The notes below the pieces were generated by a model, which was not told the origin of the DNA, ran no database searches, and saw only the letters and a program-made list of their open reading frames with translations. A program made the translations under genes and the position numbers. Positions 38,185-50,152 of a stretch of DNA of 64,000 bases are shown here, piece after piece. Origin of the DNA: Torpedo marmorata (taxonomy: Eukaryota); the NCBI GenBank assembly GCA_977017645.1, contig OZ360247.1, positions 34,162,001 to 34,226,000 on the forward strand, in the 5' to 3' direction. Position 1 is the stretch's first letter; each line of letters opens with the position of its first letter.

Positions 38185-40795
38185 CCCAACAAGCCTTCAC
38201 CTACTTCAATTTGTCTACTGGTCCAACAGATCCACAGTAGATGTAATCTTCCTAGCTCTCCGCTCAGCCCTAGAACACCTGGAATCTAAAGACACCTATG
38301 TCAGATTACTGTTGATAGACTACAGCTCTTTGGGACATTTAAAAGACTTTTGGATAGGCACATGGATATAAGAAAAAATGGAGGTTATGGGTATGAGGTA
38401 GGGAAGGATTAGATTGTAGTGGAGCAGATTTACACAAGTCATGGGCCGAAGAGCCCGTAGTGTGCTGTAATGTTTTATGTTGTATGTTCATTGCTTTCAA
38501 TAACATAGTCCCTAGGAAACTCATTCCCATATTTCAGGATCTAGGCCATAGAGCCTCCTTCTGCAAATGGATCATCGACTTCCTCTCTAATCGTTCACAA
38601 TCAGTAAAGATGGATAACAACATATCCACAATCACACTCACCACCAGTGCTCCTCAAGGATGTGTACTCAGTCGCCTACATTACACCCATGACTGTACAC
38701 CTAAATACCGCTTCAACTCCATCTTCAAATTTGCCGGCAACACCCTAGTGGTGGGGCGGATATCAGATAACAATGGGACAGAATACAGGAAAGAAATTAA
38801 AAGTGTAGTGGCAAGGTGGCCTCCCTCTCAACATCAATAAGACAAAGGAGAAGATCATTGAGATTGGGAGAGGAGACAGAGTCCACACCCCTGTCCACAT
38901 GAATGGTGCCGAAGTCGAAAGAGTAGATAGCTTCAAGTTCTTCAAGATTAAATATCTCAAATAACCTGACCTGGGACAAGCACATTGATACATAGGTCAA
39001 GAAAACATACAAATCCCTCTACTTTCTTAGAAGACTAAAGAAGTTTGACATGCCCCCTTGTCCATCAAAATCTTCTGCAGATATACCATCAAATGCATAC
39101 TTGCTGAGTGTACAGTATCACAGTCATATGGGAACTGCTCTGCTCAAGATCAGAAGAAGCTTCAGAAAGTAATGAATGCAACTCAGAACATAACGCAAAC
39201 TTCCCTCATATTGATGAATTCCATCTATATCTCCCGCTGCCTAGCAAAGGCAGCCAATGTACTGAAAGGCCCGAATACATACTCTTCTCCCTCCTCCCAT
39301 GGGGAGAAGGCTTAAGTGTGTGAAAGAATGCACCAATAGCCTCTACCATCAGAATCCTCAATGACAAAGTCAAATTCAAATGTATAAATTGTTTCAGAGG
39401 AAAACTTCTAAAGTAGGAATTCATAAATCAAGATTAAAGTGGGAATTGGATTTGAATGTAACAATAGATGAAAATCATTGGAAAGAATTATGTAAATTAA
39501 GTATGACAAAGATTATTAATGTTAGATATAGATTAGTACAATACAATTTTTTTCATCAATTATATCTAACAGCTAAAAAATTAAAGAAATTTAATCCGAC
39601 ATTATCAGGTTTATGTTTTAGATGTAATAAAGAGGAAGTTTCTTTTGTACATTCTACATGGTTTTGTCCAAAAGTTTATGATTTTTGGTTGAAAGTTAAA
39701 CATTTTTTAGATAAAGTATTTAAGATTTCATTTCCAATGGACCCTATGATATTTTTGTTTGTGGATATTAGAAAACTTAGTATTAAAATGAAATTAAATA
39801 TGTATCAAATAGAATTTTTGCGAATTGCTTTAGCTGTTTCAAAGAAATGTATTGCTATTACTTGGAAATCTGATCTAGATTTAGGGTTAGAAAGATGGCA
39901 TGCAGAACTTCGTTCGTGTATACCACTTGAAAAAATTACTTATAATTTACGTAATAAATATCATTTCTTTTTAAAAATTTGGAGCCCATATATGAAAGTT
40001 GTTGGTTTAAGGATCTGAAGATCTCTGGACATCGGATCTACTGGCATACCTGACCTCCATAATATAATTAGTTTATAGATGTATGTTTTTAGATTGACAT
40101 TCTCCTTACTCTATCTTTTTCTTTCTTTTTTTTTCTTTATTTTTATTTTATATATATTTTTATTTTATTAGATTAGTGGGGTTGGGAGGGTTGGGGAGGG
40201 GAGGGTGGGGGGGTGAAAATGTATCACAAATATTTTGATAATTTCACATTTTATTTTATGTATTCTGTAATTTAAAATTTTAAATAAAATATTTTTTTAA
40301 AAATGACAAAGTCAAATCAGAGACTCATTTAAGGACTCTTACTCGTGCACTTTATTGATTTTTCTTTGCACAGTCAGTTTCATTTTTAGTTTCATTCGTT
40401 ACCTGTCAGCAGTTCTACATGTTTACGCTGTGTACAGTTTACTTTTTGCACTACCAATTAGTGGTAATTCTGCTGTGCCCGCAGGAAAAAAGAATCTCAG
40501 GGTTGTATGTGACGTCATGTATGTACTCTGACAATAAATCTGAAAGAAATTTCTTCCCTCCAGCCATCAGGCTCCTGAATGAACCCCATAACAATGCTAT
40601 CATGCTGCCCTTATGGTGCTAATTGATCTTCCTCTTCATTGTAACTTTATAGTCTGTAAACTGTGTTCTTCGATTTTATACGGCTGTATGAATTTTAGAG
40701 CTAACATGTTGGTATTTTTGCAGAAGAACCCTACTGACTGTACTCAGTATTTTGTGACAAATAAACTTTAACTCAAGGTTAAACTTAAACTTAAT
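38185..40795 (+). mobile_element. Decayed Rex1/Babar LINE hosting three nested insertions
   Basis: RT motifs DYSS//AFN, APQGCVLS and LHYTHDC. The C-terminus resumes at ~40544 (NFFPPAIRLLN). Interrupted at ~38330-38491 (CR1 tail) and ~39340-40543. Confidence 0.8.
39376..40301 (+). mobile_element. L1/Tx1-clade LINE 3' portion (ORF2 C-terminal zinc-binding region and 3'UTR)
   Basis: ORF 39380-40018 with CFRC-x8-H-x4-C and WK..W motifs; T-rich/G-rich 3'UTR with AATAAA. 16-bp TSD aatgacaaagtcaaat at 39360-39375 and 40302-40317. Confidence 0.9.
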
Positions 40796-41944
40796 TCAGT
40801 GTACCAAAAAACATGCAGATCTATTGGCAGTCATCGGCTAAATGCCTCAGGTTCAGGATTCCTACATGACGGTGGAAGTTCTGAATTTACTGGCCAATCT
40901 TTGCCAGCAAATTCCCAGCTGTGTTCCCCAGCTGGACTCCCTTTGGAGCCTAACAATGGACGGAGCTTACAGAGATATCTCCGCTCCCAACAGCAAAATG
41001 GCTTTGGATTGTCAGAAGGATGTCATTGTTATATCACACTAGTTGTTGTGACAATATTGAAAAACATGACAATAATTCAATTTTACCAATGATTATCAAT
41101 TAATAAAAACATTTCTATTTTAGTGCTACTTTGGATGGTGAATGTGTGGGAGAGAAAAGGAGATAATATGTCACTTCCTTTCAGTAGACTGATTACGCAA
41201 CCGTGAGGTACGTAGATATGATTAATGACATGAGCAAGCTTTCCTGGTACACAGATGGATAGCGTTCAGGCTTAAGTACATGTTCTGCCTGCAGAAAGTA
41301 ATATCTGATCACAGTGATATAGTATTTGAGAGCAGAGCTAATATTTTACACCTAATATGCAAACAGTCATTACAGATGTTGATAGACCATTGTAGTGGAT
41401 GACATTATACATTTATCATTGTGATTAGTTTCTGATGTATGCCATATGGAGCACATGTGCCACGTTGAGACTCCGGGTCACCACTGAATGATGTGAGTGA
41501 AATCGTTCCAATTTATCTTTCACAGAGAAATTACATTGGCAAAGCCATATTTTAATAATTGAATCTATCAACAACCCACATACCAAACGAAGTGTAAACA
41601 GGCTGTGACACCAACATTAATTGGAATTCATGTGCTAACAATTTGACTGATATACTTGCACATAAAGCTTTGAGCTTGTGAATGGAAAGCTATTCAATAA
41701 ATTAAATCCTGGGTGGACTGGGCTCATCTCGCCCTGTGCTCTGAACCGAGCTCAGTTTCTATTCATGGTCAGCTTCTGACGGGACTCCAGCCAGCTTCTG
41801 GGACATTACTAGGTAGCAGGAGACAGTAAAGGGAGCAGAGGGTCTCAGAAGAAGCAACACATTTTCCAATAAAACTCCCAGCTGACACTTTGGCGCAGGG
41901 GAAAAATCTGGAGAAAAACAAGAATGAAGAGGTCATTGTTCGGT

Positions 41945-42447
41945 TTAGTTTCTTCATTTGATGCACGTGCTCCAATCCTAGGTCTTGTCTCTTCATTTGA
42001 TGCATGTTCTCCAATCTTGGGTCCAGACTTTTCATTTGATGCATGTGCTCCAATCCAAGGACCTGTCTCTTCATTTGATGCATGTGCTCCAATCCTTGGA
42101 CCTGTCTCTTCATTTGATGCATGTGCTCCAATCCAAGGACCTGTCTCTTCATTTGATGCATGTGCTCCAATCCAAGGACCTGTCTCTTCATTTGATGCCT
42201 GTGCTCCAATCCAAGGACCTGTCTCTTCATTTGATGCATGTGCTCCAATCCAAGGACCTGTCTCTTCATTTGATGCATGTGCTCCAATCCAAGGACCTGT
42301 CTCTTCATTTGATGCATGTGCTCCAATCCTAGGACCTGTCTCTTCATTTGATGCATGTGCTCCCACTCCTAGGTTTTGTCTCTCAATTTGATGCATGTGC
42401 TTCCAATCCTGGTTCTAGTGTCATCCTTTGATGCATGTGCTTCCACT
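41945..42447. repeat. 39-bp minisatellite, about 13 units
   Basis: Unit tctcttcatttgatgcatgtgctccaatccaaggacctg; central units homogeneous, terminal units degenerate. Confidence 0.95.
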
Positions 42448-43029
42448 GCCATCACCACTTTAGACAAATTTCAGCCAATGCCAAATATGAAGCTGAGAGT
42501 ACAGGGAAGTGGATCAAGGATGAAGACTGGGTTGGTGACATCACAGGAATTCTTTGTAACTCAAAGCTGTCTCTTTTTCCAGCAGAGTTCATAGAAAAAA
42601 AAATCCTCTCCTTCGGATGCAGTGACAAAGACCTTAGGCCTTTTATGCTGTTCTGTTTTTCTTGCAATGCTACTGATTAGCTGAACAGTACCAGTAAATA
42701 TCAGGATGGTGAAGTAGAAGAGAGACTCTCTAGTGGCATATCATTCAAGACGTACATCATAAATTACAGTATAAATAAAGACTTGGAAATTTCACAGGTT
42801 AATCATTGGTAGAAATGACAGAAGAATGAGGTAAAAAGCTTCAATTTTCTCCTTGTTCTTTTTCAATCTATGGTACACGTGAAGCTGGAGGGAAAGAAAT
42901 GTGTAGTGGATTCTGCAGTTTCTTCTGAAGTTGCAGAGTAGATGTAAAACATTTACGTGTGTGATGCTAATAATAATGTTTCTTGTTATATACACTGTAC
43001 AATGTCCATATGCATTGGAATTCTTACTT

Positions 43030-43470
43030 GCTGTAGCCAAACAGGTACTTTGCCAAATAAACTACAACAGTGTACATTAAATTAAATAAAAAATTATAAG
43101 AAATACAAATGATAGATAATAAATATTCACAGTTACCATAGTGCAAGAAACAAAAGTTGCATGACAATAGTGCAGACAATCCTTTTGTGGGGTTGGATTA
43201 TTTTATGATTAATGTAATAAAGGGAGGTTAAAGAGCCTGATATCCATTGGAAAGAAACTAGAGGTGCTGGACTTCAGGCTTCTGTATGTTCTTCCAGAAG
43301 GTAGCAGCGAGAATAGGTTGTGTCCGTGGGTATGCGGTTCCTTTATGATGTTGGCTGCATTCTTGAGGTAGCACCTCACATAGATATCTTTAATGTATGG
43401 GAGGTCAGACAGAGCTTGTGATGGAATGGGCTGTTTTTGCTACCTGCTTCAGCCTTCTGCATTTCTGGAA
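43030..43470 (-). mobile_element. Old Rex1-type LINE 3' fragment
   Basis: Reverse complement resembles the AANIIKDP-HP-H-LF-LLPSGRRYRS region of the copies at 35253 and 63028. Confidence 0.6.
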
Positions 43471-43747
43471 TATATGACACTAAAAGTCAACAAATGAATG
43501 ATCAAACTTGACTTAATTTCCAAAAGTGACTGTAAATGTTTCCCTACATGAATAAATCAGTTAGAAAATGATAAAGCAAGAAAGTCAAAAGTATTCAACC
43601 AATTAGAATGAAAGATCAAGTCTGGCTATGTAATTTAAATCAACATCTCAAACCGAGTGAGCTGGGGAACAATTCACCCTCAATTCAGTTTGCAAAGTAT
43701 AAATGGATCTTCAATGATGACTGTAGAAAACATACATTTTAATAATA

Positions 43748-43970
43748 ACAGGAAATGCTAGAAATACTTAGTAGATCAATCGGCATATTTCGGAGAAAGA
43801 AATACAGTTAACATTTCAGATCAAATGATCCCATTCCATTGGAACTGATCAAAGGTTATTGAAATAACCTGATCTGAAATAATTACTCTCTTTCTCTCCC
43901 TGCAGAATGCTGCTTGATTTGCTGAGTATTTCCTGTAAATTGTTTTACTACAGATTTCCATCGACTTGCT
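43748..43970. mobile_element. Decayed palindromic Penelope-derived element
   Basis: Inverted arms: aaatgctagaaatactta...tttcagatca versus tgatctgaaa...gctgagtatttc. Confidence 0.6.
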
Positions 43971-44043
43971 CTTTATTTAAATTCATATACATTTCAATAC
44001 TTTTGTACCTAACATCACATGCAGACGTTTCAGTTTCTTTTCA

Positions 44044-44290
44044 AAATTTAAATTTAAATTAAAAATTATTTTTTTTAGACATACAGCACGGTAACAGGCC
44101 ATTTCGGCCCACGAGCCCGTGCCACCTAATTACACCCAATTGACCTACACCCCCAGTACGTTTTGAACGGTGGGAGAAAACCGGAGCCCCCGGAAGAAAC
44201 CCACGCAGACACGGGGAGACAGTGCGGGATTCGAACCCCAGTCCCGATCACTGGTGCTGTAACAGCGTTGCGCTAACCGTTGAGCTAACC
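44044..44290 (-). mobile_element. V-SINE (HE1-like) with internal deletion
   Basis: Reverse complement of the 33248 copy, lacking part of the V-domain. Confidence 0.88.
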
Positions 44291-45564
44291 CAAAAAATTC
44301 CCTTGAAAATTTGGGAACATCCAGCATTCTTCTGAACATGAAGCCTAAACTCTTGCATAGCAATTGTAATTTTGTTTATTGCAAGTCTGTTCATTAATTG
44401 ATTATTGAACAACAGGGTCCATCTGTTACCAGAGTATGCATGATATATGAATTTAACAACAGAACTTAGTTTTTTTTAAAATTCCTGGGTTATTATTGGG
44501 AATTGAAATATTTAATCTCTCTGGAGATTAAATGTGGTTTACACATATACCATACATATGATTTCCAAAGGCCAATTAATCCTTTCCACACTTTAGTTAT
44601 AGAGTCAGAGACTCGGGCAACCAGAAACAGGTCTTTCATCCCATTATTCAGCATGACAATCAAGTACCCATCTACACTAAATTCAATTATTTTATTCCTT
44701 CTAAATATTTTGTGCATATATTAAAACATTTCTTCATTGTATGAATTTCTGGATTATTGGTTTCTCCTAATTTTTCTTCACAAATCTAATGAAATATTTT
44801 GCAGGATCCTTCACCATTCAAATTTTGTTTTTACAGAGGAGAATTTATTTTTTTATAAGACAAACCCTCATAGTAATGGCTTTTAAAATTGACCATGTGC
44901 AGCATACTGAAAATATTTAAAAGAACTCATGCATGCTGTTGCAATAACATGCCAAGTTTGTTAAAGAAACTGTATATTTAGGTATCACCACAATATGTAA
45001 TTTAAACAAGGCAGCAGATTTCAAATGTGAAATATATTAATGAAAATGCTTCAAGCCAGAAATGAAAAAGGTAACACAATCCATTGGAGATTTGTATATA
45101 AAATACTGAGAATTCTGATTTATCAGAAGCAAAGGACACTCGTTAACTTTTGGGTAAGTCTCCAAATCCCACAAAATAAATAAACTCACAAACCCAGCAT
45201 TAGGTATCTCCTCTTGTTTATTTTTACCAGCAACAGAATACTTGAAGAGAAAATACTGATTAAAATCCAAAAAGCATCAAATTGTGGTGACAGTATTTAG
45301 TTACTAGCAGAAACTGATCATTTAATTTATTTAGACCAGCAGGGAAAATAAATTGGGGTAATGCCAATTTTTACCAGCCAGAGATATAATTTTCTACAAA
45401 AAGACTAGAAGTAGCTGGTTGAAGGTAAATCAGTGTAAGAGCAATTGGAGACAGTCAAATGGTCGTTATGAATGTTTACACCAAAAATATTCCCAATGAA
45501 AGCAAAGGGGAACTCTCAAATCTAGGCATATGTGTTTGTTGACGAATATACAGTATAAAATAAG

Positions 45565-45772
45565 GTGGATGGCACGGTTAGCGTCGTCTGGTTAGCGACC
45601 CTGGTTCTAATCCGGCGCTGCCTGTAAGGAGTTTGTACGTTCTCCCCGTGTCTGCGTGGGTTTCCACCGGGTGTTCTGGTTTCCTCCTATTCATCAAAAC
45701 ATACAGAGGTTGTAGGTTAATTGGGTGTATTTGGGCGGCAAGGGCCTGTTACCATGCTGTATGTCTAAAAAA
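45565..45772 (+). mobile_element. V-SINE (HE1-like)
   Basis: Head, V-domain and tail as in the other copies. Confidence 0.85.
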
Positions 45773-45794
45773 AGATTAATTATGACAAACATCA

Positions 45795-45907
45795 AAGGTA
45801 AAAGGTAAAGGTTCCATTATTGTCATGTAATACTACATTTAGAATGTAACACACATGAAATTCTTTAATTTTTGTCTACCGTGAGGCAGATAGAGGGTCG
45901 CTACTTT
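45795..45907 (-). mobile_element. Short retroposon 3' end with (TACCTT)n-like tail
   Basis: Near-identical copy at 48543-48650. Confidence 0.7.
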
Positions 45908-46094
45908 TTCCAGTGGTGCTGTAAGTGGTTGATTATTACAGAAAACCTAGCATAAAGAAACAGAGGGACCATGGTAAAATGTCCACAGATCTCTGAAGGC
46001 AGCAGGATATTTAGATATGATGAAAATGAAAGTGTAGAGCATGTTGGAATAAAAATAGAAATGCTGGTTCCTGTAAATGAAAGTAAAAAAAAAA

Positions 46095-46450
46095 ACCCTG
46101 CAGGTATTGGAAATCTGAAATAAATACAGACAATGCTGGAAACACTCAGCAGGTGAGGCAGCATTTGTGGACAGAGAAACAGAAAAGAGTTCTGTCTTGA
46201 AAAAGAGTTCCAACCCGAGTCATTGACTGACCATTTCTCTCCACGTGTGGTGCCTGACCCGTTGAGTCAGTCCAGTTTCTCATTGCTCAAAATTCCAGCA
46301 TCTGTAGTTCTTGTTGTTAATATTTCAGGTCCAGCACCCTTCAATGCAGGAAATAAATGAGAAATGCAATAAAGGGCTCTGTTAACAACGGAAGAGGGGA
46401 AGTCAGAGTTCATTTCTAAGGAAGACATCTCAGAAGCACCTGCAGATAAT
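46095..46450. mobile_element. Decayed palindromic Penelope-derived element plus adjacent Penelope-like coding remnant
   Basis: Inverted arms aatgctggaaacactcagcagg / tgcctgacccgttgagt...attccagcatctg. The minus strand reads SEMSS...FPSSVVNRAL. Confidence 0.55.
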
Positions 46451-46639
46451 CTAGTCACCAGAGCGGACAGGAGGCAGGATGGTAAGAAGTATAGTTGAGA
46501 TAGCTGCAGGAATCTGTGGGTATAGAATGGATATTGGTTTCCATTCTGTCTCCTGGCGACAGAGAAATTCAAGTGAGAACCGAGTGGAAATTGGTCTCTA
46601 CTTACAGAGACATCAGGTGTAAGTGCTAGACCCATGAAA

Positions 46640-47477
46640 GGCACTTGACAGGTCACAGCTGGAGTACACTACATTGATGTTCACTGTACTGCTTGAAGGA
46701 TGTGGTAGCATCAAGCAGGATGTAGAGGAGATTTAGAGGATACAGCTGTCAGATCAGGAGAACTATTGCTTAGTGGAGAGACTGGCTTGCCTGCAATGTT
46801 TTCTCCATAACAAGTAAGGTTGAGAGAAAGTCTGACTGAAGATCACAAAATTATGACCAATCTTTTTTTAAAATATTTTATTTAAAATTTTTAATCACAC
46901 GATAGTACATGTTTACTAACTTCAAAATGATCAAAATACATGTGATATATGTTCACCCTCCCCTCCCTCCCTTCCCCCTCCCTAACCCACCCACCCCCAC
47001 TACTCTAATAAAAAAAAAAGAGAAAATATAAAAAAAAATAGATAGTGGAGAATGTCAATCTAAAAGAAAACAACTATACATTAATTTTATTGTGGAACAC
47101 AGGTCGCCAATCAGAATTTTATTGTGTAACACAGGTTCGCCAATCAGAATGACCAATCTTAATAGGGCAAACAGAAAGGACCAATTTTCCCTTGGCAGAG
47201 ATGTCAACAACTAGAATTGTTAATTGGTAGAAGGACAAGATGGGAGTTGAGGAAGATTTTTTTTTCACCTGATGAGTTGTAGCAATCTGGAACTCATTGC
47301 CTTAAAGGATGGTGAAGACAGAAACCCTCATGAACAAAAAAATCTCCTGATGTCTTCTAATTCTGCAGACTAAGTGCTGGGATCTGGGAGTAATCTCTTT
47401 ATACAATTTTGACTAGCATGATCAAATTGGGCTGAATAGCCTTCTGCTGTTCCATAAATTTTGAGAATTCAATGATT
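46640..47477 (+). mobile_element. Old CR1/HER1 LINE 3' fragment interrupted by an L1 3' end
   Basis: Decayed similarity to 54500-55060; tail gggctgaatagccttctgctgttc. Confidence 0.65.
46865..47148 (-). mobile_element. L1-clade 3'UTR insertion
   Basis: Reverse complement is homologous to 40070-40300 (ttttagattgacattctcc...aaataaaatatttt). 12-bp TSD atgaccaatctt at 46853-46864 and 47149-47160. Confidence 0.85.
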
Positions 47478-47837
47478 TTCTTCTGTATATTTTTGACATT
47501 TGTTTCCAGTTCAGGAGTTTAACAGCTGGAAGCTGATCTAATGGTTCATTTTTCCCAATCTGTACCAATGTGTTTTCCTTATCCAGCATTTGAGAACATA
47601 GATTGAAGTTGTGTCAGCCAAAGTGGTTTCACCAACAGCGGCTTGCCAAACGTTTTGGGTCACTTGATGTCCTTGCAGCATCAGTCCCGGCCACAGCACC
47701 TAAAATGAGAACTTGGATCAGCTTTTATGCACCAATTATCTACGTTTCACAATTCTGTTGGGATCGATCCTGTCAAAGATTGGACTTTCATCTTTGTATC
47801 ATGTGTACAGAGTGAGCCATAGCTCAGACTATACAAA

Positions 47838-48132
47838 AGCATAAGTATATGAGAAATAGGAGCAGGGAATGGCGATTTGGTGCTTCATTTGCACCCCACC
47901 GTTGATCAAGACCCAGCTAACCTACAAACTCAGCATCATCTTCTGCATGATTTCCATACTTATTGATTCCCTATTATTCAGAAATCTATTAATCTCTTTA
48001 TTTTTAATGAACCAAAATGATGGCACTTCCATGAGCTTTGTTCATGGATAAATTTCTCCTCATTTCAGTCCCAAATGACTACTCCTTATTTTGAGAATAT
48101 AACACCTAGCTCTAGCTGGGGGAAACATATTT
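47838..48132 (-). mobile_element. Old CR1 LINE 3' fragment
   Basis: cataag...aaataggagcagg start, typical of an inverted CR1 tail; decayed downstream. Confidence 0.5.
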
Positions 48133-48161
48133 GTTGTTGTTGTTGATTGTTCCATTTACTG

Positions 48162-48530
48162 CAGTGGTTTTCAAACTGCCCCTCTAAACTCACATTCCAC
48201 CTTAAGCAATGCCTATGCCATAAGTGCTCTGTGATTGGTAAGGGATTGCTTAAGGTGGTATGTGAGTGGGAAGGGAAGGCTGAGAACCACTGCTCTAGAC
48301 CCAATTGTTACTGAAATATTTTGCTTGAGAAAAATTGTCATTGGCCCATTTCCTTTGGAGTTATGAAACCGTGCACATAACGAGTCAATTAGGTACGATT
48401 AAAACAGTGGTTTTCAAACTTTTTCTTTCCACTCACATACCACCTTAAACAATCCCTTAATAATCACAGATTGGCATAGGGATTGCTTAAGGTGGAATGT
48501 GAGTTTAGGGGGGTAGTTTGAAAACCACTG
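48162..48530. mobile_element. hAT/Charlie-type non-autonomous DNA transposon, composite structure
   Basis: Terminal inverted repeats CAGTGGTTTTCAAACT and a perfect 8-bp TSD atttactg (48154-48161, 48531-48538). Contains two internal TIR-bounded palindromic units. Confidence 0.92.
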
Positions 48531-48542
48531 ATTTACTGTATA

Positions 48543-48650
48543 AAAAGGTAAAGGTTCCATTATTGTCACGTAATACTACATTTAGAATGTAACATACATG
48601 AAATTCTTTAATTTTTGTCTACCGTAAAGCAGACAGAGGGTCACTACTTT
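48543..48650 (-). mobile_element. Short retroposon 3' end (second copy)
   Basis: Near-identical to 45795-45907. Confidence 0.7.
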
Positions 48651-48774
48651 GCCTAAACCAGAAAAAATAAAGACAGATCATTCAATGCAATCTTCTGAAG
48701 GCACTCAACCGAACAAAAAGTATCAATGGGAGGAATAGAATAGTCGTGTTTCAAGCCAAAACCCCTTTGAGTTA

Positions 48775-49530
48775 TAAAGTCATAGTCATACATCATGGAA
48801 GCTGACCCTTCAGCTCAACCTGCCCACGTCAAACAAAATGTTCCACCCACACCTGCCTGCATTTGGCTCATATCCCTCTAAACGAATCGTATCCATATAT
48901 CCATCCAATTTTTTTTCTTAAACTTTGCAATAGTACCTACCTCCACCATCTCCTCCGGCAGCCCGCTCCATAAACTCACCACCCTCTGTCCAAAAAAAAA
49001 GTTACCCCTCAGGTTCATGTTAAATTTCTTCCCTCTCGCATTAAACCTATGTCCTCTGGTGACCAATTTTCCAGCTCTGGGCAAAAAACTCTCTGCGTTC
49101 ACCCAATCAATTTCTCTCATGATTTTGTATGACTCTATGAGATCACCCCTCATCCTCCGAGGAATAAAGCCCCAGTCTGCCCAATCTCTCCCTGTAGCTC
49201 AGACCCTGAGTCCTGGCAACATCCTTGTAAATCTTCTCTGCACCTTCTCCAGCTTGACAACATATTTCCTGCAGTATGGTGACCAAAAGTGAACATAATA
49301 TTCCAAATGGAGCCACTGCTACGTAACCTCCCATGTACTCAGTACTCCAACTGATAAAGGCCAATGTGCCGGATACCTTTTTGACCACTCTATCTGCCTG
49401 TGACGCCACTTTCAAGGTACTGTGTACTTGTACTTCCAGATCTCTCTGCTCTACAACACTCCCGAGATCCCTACCATTCACTGTGTAGGTCCTATCCATG
49501 TTAGACCTCCAAAATGCAACTCCACACATT
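48775..49530 (-). mobile_element. CR1/HER1 LINE 3' fragment
   Basis: EQRDLEVQVHSTLKV and MRGDLIESYKIM...TRGH...FFGQRVVSLWSGLP, with frameshifts. Confidence 0.9.
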
Positions 49531-50152
49531 TCTCTGTATTGATTCAAAATGTTGTCCATTCTTTTTCTTCCACTGATGCTGCTTGAGCCACTGAGTTACT
49601 CCTGCAGATTGTGTTTAGCTTCAGATTCCAGCATCTGCAGTCTCCTGTGTGTCTATAGATTGTGCATCAATGCTTTAATAGCATCTATTATTACTAGGAA
49701 ACAGTCAGTCCTTTACCACAGTGTTAGGTAAGAGCACCATTTTTGATCCGCCCACTGGCACTGCCTGTTTAAATCACAAATAAATTATTTAAACATAGAA
49801 AGTAAAGATATAAATAGGATATGTGACATTAGAATATTTAAGCTCAGTGCATGTACTTTATATATTTATCATTTATTGGCATCTTTACAGTCCATTAGAC
49901 TATATTCTGTCTTTATTATTTATCCCTAATTTTCTAAATGTATCCACTTATATATTGTTAGCAAATCGAATAACTAAGATGATAGAAGCAAGAAATTTAA
50001 AACTCGTGGATATTTTCTTCTACCAGCTCTTATTTAGTTATTTGTTCCATATTATAATTACACTTTTGGTAACACATTTAGTTTGAATTAACAATTCATT
50101 TTTGCCCATTGTTCTTTAATAGAATAACAGAAAGATAGTGATGTTCTGAAGT

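Noticed and set aside
39380-40018. Host zinc-finger gene
   Set aside because: L1 ORF2 C-terminus bounded by a TSD.
41769-42396. CRISPR array or repeat-protein gene
   Set aside because: Head-to-tail tandem units with no unique spacers in a vertebrate genome; the ORFs are a by-product of a 39-bp unit.
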